DNA of 64,000 nucleotides from NCBI GenBank assembly GCA_036867785.1, contig CP145413.1, forward strand, positions 868,001 to 932,000, written 5' to 3'. The notes under the pieces are model-generated. The model ran no database searches. It was not told the origin of the DNA and was given only the letters and a program-made list of their open reading frames with translations. Numbering within the stretch: the stretch's first letter is position 1; every line of letters starts with the position of its first letter. The stretch comes from Plasmodiophora brassicae (taxonomy: Eukaryota). Made by a program: the position numbers and the translations under genes. Positions 1 to 13,864 of this stretch are shown piece by piece.

Positions 1-349
1 GTCCTTGGCCCTGGCCTGGCCACCCGCCCTGTGGACCTTGCCCTTGGCTCTGTGCATCTCCTTGTCCCTGGCCGCGCCGCCCACGATGTCGGCCGTGCCC
101 TCCACCCTGTCCAGGGGATCCTCCTCCGTATCCACCTCCGCCACGGCCACCTCCACCGTAACCGCCTCCACCGTGGCCGCCTCCACCGTGACCGCCTCCA
201 CCGTGACCGCCTCCACCGTGGCCGCCTCCACCGTGACCGCCTCCCCCGTGTCCCCAACGACCCTGCGAGGATGCATCTTCACCTTGGCTATCAGCTAGCG
301 ATACGACGATCGCGAGGAGCGCGACGATGATCGGGATCGTGAGTCGCAT
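1..349 (-). CDS. Secreted glycine/histidine-rich repeat protein (3' end beyond window)
   Basis: Manual translation from the ATG at 349 gives MRLTIPIIVALLAIVVSLA-DSQGEDASSQGRWG(HGGGG)x6-YGGGGRGGGGYGGGSPGQGGGHGRHRGRRGQGQGDAQSQGQGPQGGWPGQGQG..., open to position 1, with a clear signal peptide. It is absent from the ORF track because no stop lies in the window. Confidence 0.85.
   Translation of the reverse strand, partial: MRLTIPIIVALLAIVVSLADSQGEDASSQGRWGHGGGGHGGGGHGGGGHGGGGHGGGGHGGGGYGGGGRGGGGYGGGSPGQGGGHGRHRGRRGQGQGDAQSQGQGPQGGWPGQGQG
132..251. repeat. 15-bp coding tandem repeat (CCGCCTCCACCGTGR), 6 near-perfect plus 2 degenerate copies
   Basis: Units at 162-251 read directly from the sequence; they encode HGGGG on the minus strand. 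Confidence 0.95.
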
Positions 350-634
350 TGGCAGAGTGCTGATGTTCCCACGCCTATATCACAATGAACCTGTCGGGAC
401 CTGGGGATCACACTGTCTGCAGGTAGTCACCGCTGCCGTCGTCGCTGCGTGTTCCCTTAACGGAACACGTTTCCCCCAGCCCCGTTGTGACACTGTCGTC
501 ACTTTGACGCCGCTTCAGTTTCATTAAGGTCTTCCGTATTGGCCTACCTGGCATATTCTATGCAGGCGCTCCCCTGCTTCCCCAGTGAAGGTTATGTTAC
601 GTCAGTGTATTCGTTGATGAACGATGGCCTCCAC

Positions 635-3600
635 CTAAACCGAGGTGTCGGTCAGGAAAATGGCCGCCCCAGCCAGGATCCATTGTCGAGCGTCGCCAGA
701 GCACGGCAACTTCAGTTCGCTGACTACTTTGTCCCGGGTTGTTGACTCGTATAGTGGTAACTGGACGGCATCGTTGTACGGGTCAGGTTGCGCGGCATCG
801 ACGAACGCAATGTAGCAGAGTGGCAGCGCCTGCAGTAACGGGGACTGAGCACTCAGGGAGGAAAGTTGCCCATTGGTGAACGCCGCTCCCTGAAGAAGAA
901 GCCTGCGCGCGCGCATAGCGTTCAGAACGAATCAGGCATGAACATTGCTCCTGTTCCTATCGTACCCTTCGACCTGCATGACAGGCGACGCTGCGCGTGG
1001 CACTCTTGTCCTGTCGAGCGCACAGACGATCCTGAGCGAGTCGATCGACAGCTGGAGCTGCCGTGCTGTCTCCTGTCGGAACGCGTTCAGGAAGGCCGCC
1101 GGGTGGAACAGGTGGGCGAGGCGCAACGGAGCGCTCAGGAGCGAATTCGACGACAGCCGGTCGGCCCACGACGCCAGCGCAGGTTGTCGTGATATGACTT
1201 CGGAAACGAACGCGGATGCATTTTCAGGGCCGCTGGCCCAGATGCTTGACCAACTATGCAAACACGAGTTCGTCAACCGTACAGGACGTTATGGCTTTAC
1301 GCATCGCATACCTGGACGGGACGGAACCCTTCATTAGGGCCCTGGCATCGGCTTCGATCTGGGACGTTCGTATACCGGTGCCTGACCAGACCAGGTCGTA
1401 CAGCGCACCCAGGCTGCTGTCGATGACCGCAGCCAGGTTCGTGACTCGGCATTTCTCGAGGTTCAGGAAGTTGACAAGCGGCGAAGCATCGTCACCGGGA
1501 GGTGTGTCCGCGCCATACGTGGGGCCGTTCCGAGGTGATGAGCGCCACAGCGTCATCACGGGAGACAGAAGCGCCCGCCAAGCGTCACGATCGTATCGGT
1601 CAGCGTGGGCAGCACTGACGAGCGCATGGTGCAGCGTTTTCAGCTGCCCCAGTACCGCAGCGCTTCGTTGACGCTGAACGCTGCCCTCGACGTTCTCCGG
1701 TAACCCGAAGACGAGGGGCGAATCGGTGTCGGGCAGTGAACGTATTACTCGAAGGAAGTCGCCGTGGGCCGCACTCGAAGGGATGCGCACGCTGGGACCC
1801 AGGTCGACGTCGTCCCGGAATATGTTCTCGATGTAAGCACGTAGGACTCGACAGTCGAATGCGTTATCGATGCGGCCACCGTAGACCGCGTCCTGCATCA
1901 GCCCATAAATCGTAGGCCATGGCACCGGCGAAGGAGCGCTGCGCCCGGAACAGATACCGTCGATGATATCCGCACCTGCTCGCAGGTCGGCCAGGGAAAA
2001 TTCGTAAAACTTCGTCCAGCCCTGTGGAATATAAATTCGCCGCTCCTGAACAAGGGCGTGGAACCAAGCGAGGCAGAACAGCAGGCGCGCCCGCGTGGTA
2101 TCGTTTCCTTTGCCGACGAAGTCGTCGTTCCACATGGAGTATGTCGACAGAAGGTTACGCTTGACGCCGGGAGGCGCCTCGACAGTCACTTTGGTGGCGC
2201 GTTGCAGCAGCATTGCTGGCCAGCATGCATGCGACTCGCTGGTCAGCCATAAACGATAGCGTTCGTGGCACTTCGACAGCGCACCGAGGGCCTTCTCCAG
2301 CGTGGGAAGCCAGGTTGAGACCAGATGCAAGTTCTTGAGGCAGACCCAGCTCCCGTTACTCGATGCAGTTGAAATGGCCTTCAGCGCCGCATCCGTTTGG
2401 CCCTGACCCATGGCGATCTGCACGAGAGGAACACCACTGGATTCCGCTAGCTCTTCAATGTCTCGGGTGGGATCCGCTCCGGGCGACGTGACAAACAGAA
2501 CGGGAGAAGGCGAACGTAGCAGTTCGTTGAGCGTTGCGGTGGATGGCGATGCGGTCGGCAAGCCCAATGCATTGCACGCGAACGAGACCATTGCGCTATG
2601 CAGGCGGTCGGGTCTGACCGCAGCAAGGACTAACAGGCGCTGTGCGGGATTCAGCGCTTTCGACAGCGCCGGAGGTAGGTCGTTCTCGCAGCGAGGCGAC
2701 GCCACCCAGGACTGCCAGGCTCCAACGTCGACGCCGGACAATGACGTTATCATGTCGGGGAACGCCTGTGCAAGGGAGGCGTAGGCCGCGTGGCGATCGG
2801 CAGGTAACCAAGTAGGAGGCCTACTGGTTCCCGGCCTGTGCACCGTTCAGTCATAGGCAGGTGCCGCACCTGATATTATACGCAGTGTACCTGGTAGGTC
2901 CTGCAGTGACGCCGATAAGGAACGACCAGGACTGGTCATCGATCAAATCCGGCCGCAGTCCTCGCGCGAGATGCATAGCGAAGGTCAAGCGGTCATCCTT
3001 GAAGAGCGATTGCGCAATGACGCGGTACACTCGACCAATCAAGCCGCGCGAGAATCTCGCTATTCTCTCAGCCTTGTCTGAAGCTGATAAGGCCTTGGCT
3101 TGGTCCGTTATGTTTGCAAGGAATTCTGCAATAAAGGAGTTCTGTCGGCAGGGATCAGCATGACGGCATAACCACGCCTGAGGATCAGTTATTATATCAC
3201 TTACCAAACTGAAGCGGTACATCGGGTTCGTATGGTACAGAACGTCGACCAAGAAGAACAGCCGAGCCCCGGTATCGGCAATCGGTTGATACGCCATCCT
3301 CTGGCTGTCAAGACTGGCCTGAATCTGACGCGCGTTCTCAAGCCCTGTCTGAATTTCAGTGCTCCTTGCCTTGGACGCCTGCAGCGATTCCGCCAGGGTC
3401 TTATTCTCCAGGATATTTCCTTCGGATGTGGCAAGTTCCTCGAGCAGTTTACGTTCGAGATCCGCTAGCTGGACGTGTAAACAGTCTTCCTGACGAAGCA
3501 GGTCCGTCTGTCGGCAGGTCCTCATCAGTCGAGCACGTTGACAGACGCGTGAACCTGGTTACCTTCTTCTTTTCCAGTTCGGGTTCTTCCTGAGCCAGAG

Positions 3601-6600
3601 TCGTACTGAGAAGTTGCGACTGAAGCCCGGAGAAGGTCACTGTGAAATTGACGACATTCACGTTCGCCTCGTCGGTAGGTGTGAGCTGGATGTCAGTGCG
3701 GCGAGTCACGAGGTACAGCGCGAAGTCGTCACTGAAGTCAACCAGCTTGTCGCCGACGGGGACGACCCATCTGGGGCCCTGACGAACAAGGTCGCGTCGA
3801 AGAAGGGGGTACAGAGCGGGCTCGATGCCATCAACGTCTTTGATGACGAGAGATTTCCCGAACCTCACCGATAGCTCAAGAACAGACGAGAACCGAGGGT
3901 CGTTGTTGACAAGCACCTCGACAGGGCGATGCTCAGCATGTAGGCGTGACTCCAGCCATCGTTCCGCCTGCCGTGCAGGGTCGATCACAAACGGGGTTTG
4001 ACGCGAGCGCACGATCACGATGGCGTTTTCGACTGAGAGGGCGTCCCCGCTCAGGCCTTGCTCCTTCCACGAAATCGTCTCGGATGCGGTTGCTAGGAAA
4101 CGCGGCAGAGAGAACGGCTCGGCGCCGCGCTCCGACTTCCAGGATTCCAGGGCCAGACGACGGTCATCTTCAGGGCGGCCACCCAGATAGGCGATGAAGG
4201 CGGCGGCAGTGACGACTTGTGAAGGCAAATCGTTCAGAAGGGCATCTAGGCGACCGTGATCTCGAGTCCACCTCGCCTTTTCGTCTCCAAGTTGCCCGAG
4301 CAGGCTCTGTGCCCTGTTGAGAATCTCCTGCGCGCTCTGCAACCCAAGCCGGAGAGCCTCGGCCTCACTGGTCGTCCTGGCAAACGCGACCTTTAGCGTC
4401 TGAACAGAACTGTCCAGCTTCTGAAGTTCTTCAACGCAGGCCTGGAGCCGCGATCGCGAGCTAGCCAGTGCCGCGTTGGCTGCGTTGAGATCTGCTTCCA
4501 GAGGGGCGATTCGCTCGAGGACGTCCGCGTAGCGAACGTTGGCCTGGACCCAGGCGGCAAGCGGTGCTGCGGCAACGTTCACACGGTAGATCGTCTTGTG
4601 GTCGAAGCTGCTCTCTTTCTTGGCAAGGAGCGCCTTGACCTTCTCACGAGTCTCCCGGGACGCCCTTCTCGCGTCGAAATTGACAATCTCCTCCTTGAAC
4701 GTTGCCGATGCGAGTAATCGTTTCATGGAATTCCAGGACACGTCGTCGTTGCCCATAAACATCAAGACGCCCGACAGGACATCGTGGACGGCTTCCGGTG
4801 GCATGCGCAGCGCCCTCATCTCGGCGAGCGCTTCCTTGCGGATCGACCCGACCGCTTCGCGGGACGCGTCCAGGACAGGGGCGATCTCGCTGAGCTCCTT
4901 CTCGACCTCGACCTTCCTGGCCCGCAACCGCTCCTCCTTGTCGCCCAGGGTCGACTGCAGCGCCTGCACCTCCAGTCGCCGTTCGCTGGCCGCCGACATC
5001 GACTCGCTGATCGACTGCAGCGCCGCATCCGCCTCGACCTGCTTCGCCTGCAGCGCCCTCTGCTTCTGCACCGCCTCGCCCGACAGCGTCGCGACCAGCG
5101 ACTCCGCCTGCCACCATCGCCCCCCGTCAGCCAGCGGGCCCCCGACCAAACGACACATTCCAACTGATCGTCATTACCTCGCGGAGCTTGTCGAGGCCCA
5201 GGGCCAGGAATCGGCGTTTGCCCTGGAGGCGGCCGCGTTCGCTGGCGAGGACCTGCGTGTAGGTGTCGACCAGGGCGATCAGCTTCTGCGGGGCGCTGCG
5301 GGTCCCGGCCCAGTCGTGCATGGCGATGAGGCGCTGGACGACCGGGTGGTTCGCGTCGACCAGGCCGTCGGCGTCGTCGTCGTCGCCGCGCTGGCCTGGG
5401 CGCGTCTCAAGGAGCACGTGGCGCAGGCGCGCCTGGAGCAGCGCCCGGATGGCCGCGTTCGTCCAGGTTGCTCGCCAGAGGATCGTGCACCGGTGAAGCA
5501 ACGCCGGGTTGCTCGTCAGCCTGCTGACGAATTCAGGGTGCTGCGGGTCCATCAGGAGCGCAATGTGCAGGTTGCGGAGGACGCGTTGGGCGAACAGGTC
5601 GGCGACCGGGACCGGGGTCGCCTGTGCGGCCGCCAGCTCCCGTAGGCCTCCGCTCTGCAGGACAGCGTCGAACTCGGCGCCCGTGTACAGCCCTGGGATC
5701 TGCCCCGACGACAGCAGGCTGTTGACCGATTCCAGCATGTGCGCATGGACCAGCTGATGCTCCTGGAGGAGCAGGACGACGTGCTCGCCGTCGACGCCCG
5801 CCCGCCGCATCAGATCCTTCAGGTCGCCGTCGAACTGCCTGGCCGTGTACGAGCGGGAAACGGGAGGCGTGAACAGGTGCAGGCTTCGCATGTGGCACAG
5901 CAGCTGGAGTATCGACCGGCGACCGACGCCAGACGGCCCAACGCATAGGATCGACCCGCCAGGTGCCGACAGGACGCGGTCGGTATTGGCCAGGGCCATC
6001 AGCATCTCCGGGAACATGACGATATCCAGAGGTCGGTATTCGCGTTCGTAACTGCGAAGCCCATCGCTCACGAGCGCTTGCAGATCCGTCATCGTGACCC
6101 GCTGCAGAACGGGGCCGATGTCGCTCGGACCGCTGCCACCACCGGACGAAGGCGTCCCGCTGAGGAGACTGGAGAAACAGGACAACGGGGGATCGTCGAT
6201 CTTGAAACCCCAGCGTTCGCCCAGCGACGCCGCCAGCATCGTGTCGAAGCGCTCCTGGGCGTTGCGATCGACAAGTCGGTCGCGGAACGTCCGGCAGGCC
6301 TCGTTGGCGAATACCTCGAGGAGGTGCTCCCGCGACAGATCGTACCGCAGCAGGGCCTTGGCCCACCCCGTCAAGTCACGTGGCGTGAACACGTAATGCC
6401 GGTTCGTATCGGCGGGGAACGTGGCCCGGACCGTCGCGTAGAAGTCGGTCATCGTCACCGCCAGAGCGTGGGCCGCGTCGGGCCTGCCCCAACGCCCGCT
6501 GTCGGCAGACGCCGCCGCGCGAACGATGGGCGCCAGGTACGACGTACAGATCGCCTCCAGGTCGGCCTTGCTCGGGTAGTCGACGACCAGTATGCGGACC

Positions 6601-9600
6601 ACTGACGTGAATCGCAGGGACAGCGCGTGCCGCCCAGCGGACTGGCTCAGGCTCGCCCCGATGATGACGCCTTCGACGCGCACGAATTCGAGTTCGTTGT
6701 CGACGCGATCGTAAAACCCTCCATGCGTGACGATCTGCGTCAGCAACGCGATCAGCTCGATGGTCCCGTACTTGTCGGGGCGCGCGAGGTTGATGTCCTT
6801 CAGGAACACCACGAGACGGTCGCCGCGTGCGGGTCGCAGGACACGCCCCGACGCTCCCTGAACCGTCGTGCACACGTCGCGTAGCCGTTGGACGACATGG
6901 ACGGCCCGCGTCTGCGCCGAACAGTGCAACGTGGCGTGGGCGAACCCGGCCTGCTGGAGCGCCGCCCGCACCAGGAGCGACTTCCCGCAGCCCTCGGGCC
7001 CGACGACAACGAACGGCTGGCCCTGGCGGATCCATGGCGTCAGGGTCGCCAGGTTCGCCTGCAATTCCGCGGTCAGCACCGGGGCGCCCAACGTGACCTC
7101 TCCGTCGATTCGCTCGAACCGCCTGATGGACGACCCGGCGTCCGTCGTCACGTGCAACGGGTCGCCGCCAGCGTCGTGGAGGGCGCGGTCGCCCGACCAC
7201 CCGAACACCTCGCTGGCCAGACGTCGGCGATCCGTCGTGGACATGTTGGCACCAAGGCCACGGGCAAGGCCGACGGCGAAGGCGACCCGCGAGCGAGCAT
7301 CGCCGACATGGGACAGCGCTGCCTGGACGACCCCGGCCGTACTGCAAGGGACGGCCGCGTGTGGCGCCTGCGTGATCGCCCTGTAGAACAGGTCGTCGAT
7401 GCTGTCGGCGGCGACGCGACGCACGCTGTCGTCGGGCAGGCGCTTCAGCCAGGAGGCCACGATGGCCCTGACGTCGAGGTCGTCGTCGCCGACCAGGATC
7501 ATGCCCATGCGGGAGACGGTGGCGGGAGACGCGAACTCCAGGTCGGCGGTCTCGAACACGAAGTTGACGTTCGACCCGAATTGCAGGCGCTCGCCGTTCG
7601 GCATCGTCAGCAGGTGGTTGTCGTCCAGGACGGAGTTCAACGACTCGATCCACTCCGGGTCGACGTCGCCGTCGCACACGATCCAGAAGGTCGTGCCGGG
7701 GTCGGCGACGACCTGGCGCGCCGCCCGCGTCAGGACGCCATCCGTCCATTCGCGCGTGTCGACGTCCATGTGGCCCAGCAGCGCGGTACGCTCCATGGAT
7801 TTCGGGTTCAGCACGATGCGCCTGACCGGGCGCCCCAGGATCCCCAGGGCGTCGCCCAGCATGGCGAGCAGCGTCGACTTGCCGCAGCCGGACGGGCCCA
7901 CGACGACAACGCCCATCCGCTGCGACAGCGCATCGTACAGCTGGAGCGCCTTCCTGACTTGCCCGGGGACGACCTCGAGGTGCCGCGCCTGCGCCGCCGC
8001 CTCGATCGCCCTGGCCAGGTCGGCGTTGTCGACGTCGCCGACCGCTGTCCCCGGGAACAGGTCCCCGATCAGCGCCCGGAACCGTCCGGCGTCGGCGGCC
8101 GCCAATTTCGACAACGTCGACGCACGCAGCGCCTGCACGACGAGGCGCTTCTCGACGTCCTCCGACCTGGTGGACCCTGCGGTGGCGTGCGCGTGCCGCT
8201 CGCGACTGAAGAGCTGGCCGGCGAGGCGCAGGACGGCCTTGAGCGCGCGAAGCCCCCAGTCGTAATGCCGCTGTGGGGACAGGAGCTGCCGGGCGAGGTC
8301 GTAGACGCTGACCAGCTTGGCGCCCAGCATGCGCGCATGGGTGAACCCCTCCGAGTACAGGACGACCTCGGCGATCAGCACGTTGTCGGGGGCGGTCATC
8401 GCCACCGACCGGAACAGGGCCTTCAGGTTGTCGGGCAGGCGGCTGCGCCCGCCGTACTCCTTGCCGGCCGGGTTCATCGTCACGAAGATGCCGGCGTTCG
8501 GGTCGACGTTGATCTGCGCGCCCAGCAGGTCGACGTGCGACTGGCGCCCCTTCAGCGCCGCCTGTATCACCTGGATCTGCTGCGACACGGCCGACAGCTG
8601 ATCCTCCTTGAGCCGGTTGAACTCGTCGAAGCAGCCCCAGGCGCCCGACTTCACCAGGCCCGTGAAGATCCTGCCCATGCCCTGGAAGTCGATGCCCTCG
8701 TCGCAGTTGAACACGAGGACCTGGCGGCCGAGCGCCTGCCCCAGCGCCTTCACCGACTCGGTCTTGCCGGTGCCCGCCGGCCCGTACGGGTTGCCCCCGT
8801 ACCCGAGGAACATGCCCTGCGTCAGGACCAGGTAGCACTTATCGGTCAGGGGCGTGTGGACGAGGCGCGGCGCGTTCCCCTGGTACTCGTACGTGTAGTC
8901 GAACCGGGCCGAGCACATGCGGGCCACACACTGACGCGTCTGCTCGTCCAGGTAGAACCGCAGCTGCTTCTGCCAGGGCCAGGCGTTCGTGTCGCGAACC
9001 TGCTCGCGCTCCAACACCTCCAGCACCTCGACGTGGTGCACCATCTCGATCACCAACGCCTTCACCTTCAGGTCCTGGACGGCGTTCGCCGCCGGCGCTC
9101 GTGTGAGGTCGGCCAGGCGGGCCATACGCGCCGACCGCAACGACGCGAACGACGTGCTGCCGCCCTTGGACGCGCGTATCGCCTGTTCGACGTCGGCCGT
9201 GAACCGGATCTGGTCGGCCAGCGACAGGATCTGCGACGGGAACCTGTCGATCCAGGCCATTGTTGGCGGGACGGCGGCCGTCGTCGTCGTCGCCGCCGCG
9301 ACACAGTCGACGAGCAGGCCGGCCAGCGTCTTCCGCATCTCGTCCGCCAGGCGGGACAGCCACTCGTCCACGTCGGCGCTGAGGGCGACCTTCGCCCGCA
9401 GGTTGACGACCTCGCCGTCGCCGCTGACCATGGCGACGATCGCCGGCCCGTCGAACCGGACGCTGTCGATGCCCTGGAACAGCTTCTTCAGGTGCGACTG
9501 GATCACGGCCGGGTTGTCGGCCTGGCCCAGGATCTCCAGCAGGGCGTCGTCGCCGATGAAGTAGAACCTGGGGAACAGCGAGCGCTTCGCCTCGAGGAAC

Positions 9601-12600
9601 TCGGCCAGGGCGCGCTGGCACCGGTCCAGCTGGTCGGCCATGGACGCCAGCCGGTCGTCCAGGCCCGCCATCGCCGTCAGCGCCATCACGTTGCGATTGC
9701 GCGCGATCGACGCCATCAGCGCCCTGAAGTCGTCGTCGACGCGCGCGAACCGCCCCTGCTCGTTGGGCAGGGCGCCCCGGCCGAAGATGGGCGCCAGGTA
9801 CACCCAGCGCCGCTGGATCCCGTTCAGGCGGTGCAGGGCGCCGTCCAGCGTCGTCAGGCGCCTCTCGATCTGGGCGGCCAGGTCGGCGAACGGCGCAAAG
9901 TACGGCGAGTCGCGCAGCGACGCCAGCATGGCCTGCTGGTCGCCCGCCTGCGTCATGACGTCCTTCCAGCCCCGGATCAGGGCGACGCCACCGCCGCCCT
10001 GATCCGCGCCGCCCGTCAGCTCGAACTCGGTCTGGTCCGCCCAGGCGCGCATCTCCTCGAACGCCTCGCGCAGGGCGACCTCGCCCTGCGCCCGCCCCGC
10101 CAGCTCCTTCAGCGCCGGCGTCTGCTCGACGACGACGACGTGGGCCGCCAGGAAATGCGACAGGCGCAACGTGGCCAGCGTGACGCCCTTGGGGAAGGCG
10201 AGCCGGTGGAACAGGGCGGCCCAGTGCTCCTTCTCGAACAGCTCGCCGGTCAGGTAGCGGACGGCGCCGGCCACGTTGTCGACCGGGACGATGCGGTCGC
10301 GGATCGCCCGGGCCAGCGCGGCGTGCTCGGCGCCCAGCGCCCGCGCCCGCGCCTTCCAGGCGGCGGCGAACTCGGCCAGGTCGAGGGCGTGGGCGCGGAA
10401 CTCGACCCACGCCTCCGACGTCATGCGGGCCAGCGCCGACCCGAACTCATCCAGGACGGCCCAGGCGCGCTCGACGGCGCCCAGGTCGCCGGCCACCCTG
10501 GCGAGGGCGTCGCCGAGGTCGGGCGCCGCCAGGTCGAACGCGGCGAACTCCGCCTGGAGGTCGGCGGCCTGCCGCTCCCACGTCGACACCTCCGCCCGCC
10601 ACTCGCCCAGCTGGGCGCGGACGCGCTCCCGCTCGGCGGCGCCGGCGTCGTCGTCGTCGACGCTGGCGGCCAGCGACTCGGGCGTGGGGCGCAGCGCCAT
10701 CCACCGGGACGCCAGCTTGTCCAGGTCGCCCTTCATCGTGCGGGCGCGCGTCGCCAGCGCGTCCCGGCAGACGGTCGCCGAGTCGGCCAGCAGGTCGCCG
10801 AACGCGTCCAGGCCGATGACGGCGGCGTCCCAGCGCTGCCGGGCGGGCGACACGTGGACGCGCTCGTCGACACCCCGGAACAGGGCGTTGCGCGCGTCAA
10901 TGTCGCCGAACGCCCCGTCCAGGGCGGCGCGCCGGCCGACCAGCGCCGCCCACGACGCCCGGGCGGACGCCACCTCGCCGCTGGACTGGGGGCGCACCGT
11001 CAGCAGCGCGTCGACGTCGTCGGCGAACCGCTCCAGGTCGCCGAGCGCCGTCGTGATCGACCGGCGCAGCGCGCTGCCGACGGCGTCGGCGACGCGCCGC
11101 ACGATGTCGTCGACGGCGCTCCTGAGCGACGCCATGGCGACCGTGACGGGGCCGACGCGGACCACCTCCGGGATCCGGGACGCTTCCCGGCGGCGCTCGT
11201 CGACGTCGTCGAGGTTGGCGGCGAACCGAGCGACGGGGGCGTGCGCCGGCAGGATCGCGTCGACCTGGTCCTGGACGTCGAGGGCGCCGGGGGCGACCCA
11301 GTCCTGGTAGGCGTCGACCAGGGCGCGCAGCTGCGCCCAGGTCGATTCGCCCTGGGCGAACACGGCGACGATGGCGGGCGCCGCCGTCGCCGCCAGCGAC
11401 GCGTACAGGCGCAGGGCGTCCGGGTTGGCCGGGTCGGCGCCCCGGAACGTGGTGGGCGCGGCCACGACCCGGCGCACGTGCCTGACGTACGCCAGGCGAA
11501 GGTCCTCGATGCCCGGGCGCAGCTGGAGCGCCCGCTGCTGCCAGACCAGGTCCGCCTTCAGCTCCGGCTGGGGGACGTTCGCCAGCGCCCTGCGTCGACA
11601 GACACGCTCAGCAGGTGACGTTGGGCGTCGCCACGCGCCTTACGCGGTGTACGCCACCGACAGGGCCTTGAAGAGCTGGTGGTCCCAGTGGCGTCGCCAC
11701 ATCACCATGGAGGGCGGCGCGCTGGTGCGCTCCTGCGCGTCGATCAGGCCCTGGATGCGCGTGACGAGGTCGGGCCAGCGCGCCAGGTCGGTGGCGAACA
11801 GGGCGACGACCTGGGCGGCGACGGCGCCGTGCGCCGCCCGCAGGCGCCGGTTCTTGGAGGTCAGCGCGTCGGCCGCCTGCATCAGCGCGCCGACGTACGC
11901 CTCGAGCTGGTCGGGGCTGTCCCAGGTGGCGCCCGCCCTGCTCTGGACGGCGGCCTCGAACGCGTGCGCCTCGGCGAGCAGCATGGGCTTCTGCGACGGC
12001 AGGATCTGCGCCGCCATCGTGTTGTAGAAGTTGGCGACCTGCTGGAGCTGGACGGCGTACCGGTAGAACCGGTCGCCCGTCTCGGCCGCCAGCTGGACGT
12101 CGGCCGGGATCCGGTACCCGAGCTCCGACAGCGACCGCACGTCGCGCAGCAACGCCACGAGCCGCTCGCTGTAGTGGACGCGCATGTCGCCGTCGCCCTC
12201 GACGTCCAGGTCGATCAGGCTGCCGCGCGTCTGCAGGGCCAGCGCCGACCGCCCGTCGTTCAGCGCCGCCTGCGTGTCGCGCAGCCAGGCGTCGAACTCG
12301 CCGGCGGCGAACGCGCCGGCGTCGTGCGCCAGGTCGTCGGCCAGCGCCTGCAGCTGCCCGAGGCCCGACACGCCCAGCAGGACGCGCGACACGACCGCCG
12401 TCGTCTGCTGGGCGCGCCCGCGGATCTGCGACGCCCAGACGATGCGCGCGACCGCCTCGCCCAGGTTCCGGCCCACGGTCGTCGTCGTCGGGTCCGCGCC
12501 CGATCGCGCCTCGAACGTGACGCGCAGGGCGCGCACTTGCCCCGTCATCCGGGCGAGCAGGGCCTCGCGCTCGCTGGCGAGGTCGTCGGCGGCGGTCGCC

Positions 12601-13864
12601 CTGGACAGCAGCTCGGGGAACTGTTCGAACTCGGCCAGGAGCAGGGCCGGCTTGGACGACAGGGCGGCGATGCGCGCCCGGAACAGGCCGGCGGCGACCT
12701 TCTCGAGCGGGGCCGCCGCCCGGTCGAACGCGGCGAGCGCGCCCGCCCAGGTCGGCTCGGCGAACGCCGACCAGTGCAGGGCGACGCCGCTCGCCTCCAG
12801 GGCGGCCAGCATGTCGTCCAGGGCGGCCCGGTGCGGGGCGTCGCCCGGCGGCACCAGCCGTCGCAGCTCGTCGTGGAGCGCGCGCGACTCGCGAATGTGA
12901 CGCAGGCGGCGAAGGATGCGCAGCATGAGGCTGTCGTTGTCGTTGTCGTCCGCCGGCGGGGGGCCGGTCCAGCGCCCGTCGCCCGCCCAGTCACGAGCGA
13001 CCAGGTCGCGCCCGATCTGCAGCCACAGTTCGGCGACGCGCGTCGCCGACAGCAGCGCCTGGCGCACGCGTTGCCAGGGCGCGCGCCACAGGTCGACCTT
13101 GCCGACCTCGGCCTGCACGTACCCGGCGACGCGGCGCGACACGCAGGCGAGCAGGTTGACGGCGTGCGCCTGCGGCAGGCCGTCGTGCCAGGCCTCGCCC
13201 AGCGCGAACTGGGCGTCTTCCAGGACGGCGGTGGCGTCGTCCTCGCTGGCCCACTGCCCATCCATCCGTTCGGCCAGCGGCTCCAGGTGCGCCAGGATCG
13301 CTGACGCGCGCGCATCGCCCCTGTCTAGGCTGTCAGGCAATCGCGCGGCTCGAACGCAATTGGTTACCGTCTGCTGGCCCAGAACGCGCATTCGTCAGTC
13401 AGCGTCCGAGCGTCGCCGACGGCATCGTCGTCGGCGCTGGACCGTCGCGCCTTGGACGATGCGGCGACGCCGCGTAGCAGGGAGCGTTGCAGGGCGATGA
13501 ACGGCGTCTCCTCGATGGCGGCGTCGCCCGAGTACACGTTCTGCAACGCGAGGAGCAGGCCCTCGCCACCAGACAGCGTCGTCGACAGGATGTGCCTGTG
13601 GACGTCGCTGGCGGGCACATCCAGCCCCGGACGGCGCTTCACGAAATGCACGGCCAGCGCGTTGTCGTCGCCTGGCGTCCCGGGTGCCCACCGCGTCAGC
13701 TTCCCATTGGGCGACGCTGCTAAATGCAGAGCGCCGCTGTTGTAGTCGTCGAGGAATCGACGAATGTCGCCGGACACGTCGGCGTCGGCGGCGTTACGCG
13801 GCAGGCCCAGCGCGTCGCAGGCCGACTGGACGATGAAGGCGTGCCGTGGATCGGGTTCTCCCAT
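635..13864 (-). CDS. DYNC2H1: Cytoplasmic dynein-2 (IFT) heavy chain, multi-exon
   Basis: ORFs 13364-13873, 11640-13391, 5127-11477, 3449-5158, 2851-3525, 1254-2843, 932-1276 and 635-916 join through short GT-AG introns. P-loops are GPAGTGKT, GPSGCGKS, GPEGCGKS and GPSGVGRR, the last typical of dynein-2. WGCFDEFNRL, FPRFYF, the stalk and the C-terminal domain are present. Confidence 0.95.

Noticed and set aside
132-251. Repeat array considered as CRISPR-like
   Set aside because: Head-to-tail coding repeats with no spacers, no cas genes and a eukaryotic context.
5-330. Plus-strand mucin-like (TVTAS) and His/Arg-rich ORFs
   Set aside because: Alternative readings of the 15-bp repeat. The minus-strand frame has a proper ATG and signal peptide.
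6888-11618. 1576-aa plus-strand ORF and other long ORFs overlapping the dynein gene
   Set aside because: Antisense shadow of a high-GC3 coding strand, which depletes stop codons. It has no recognisable motifs.
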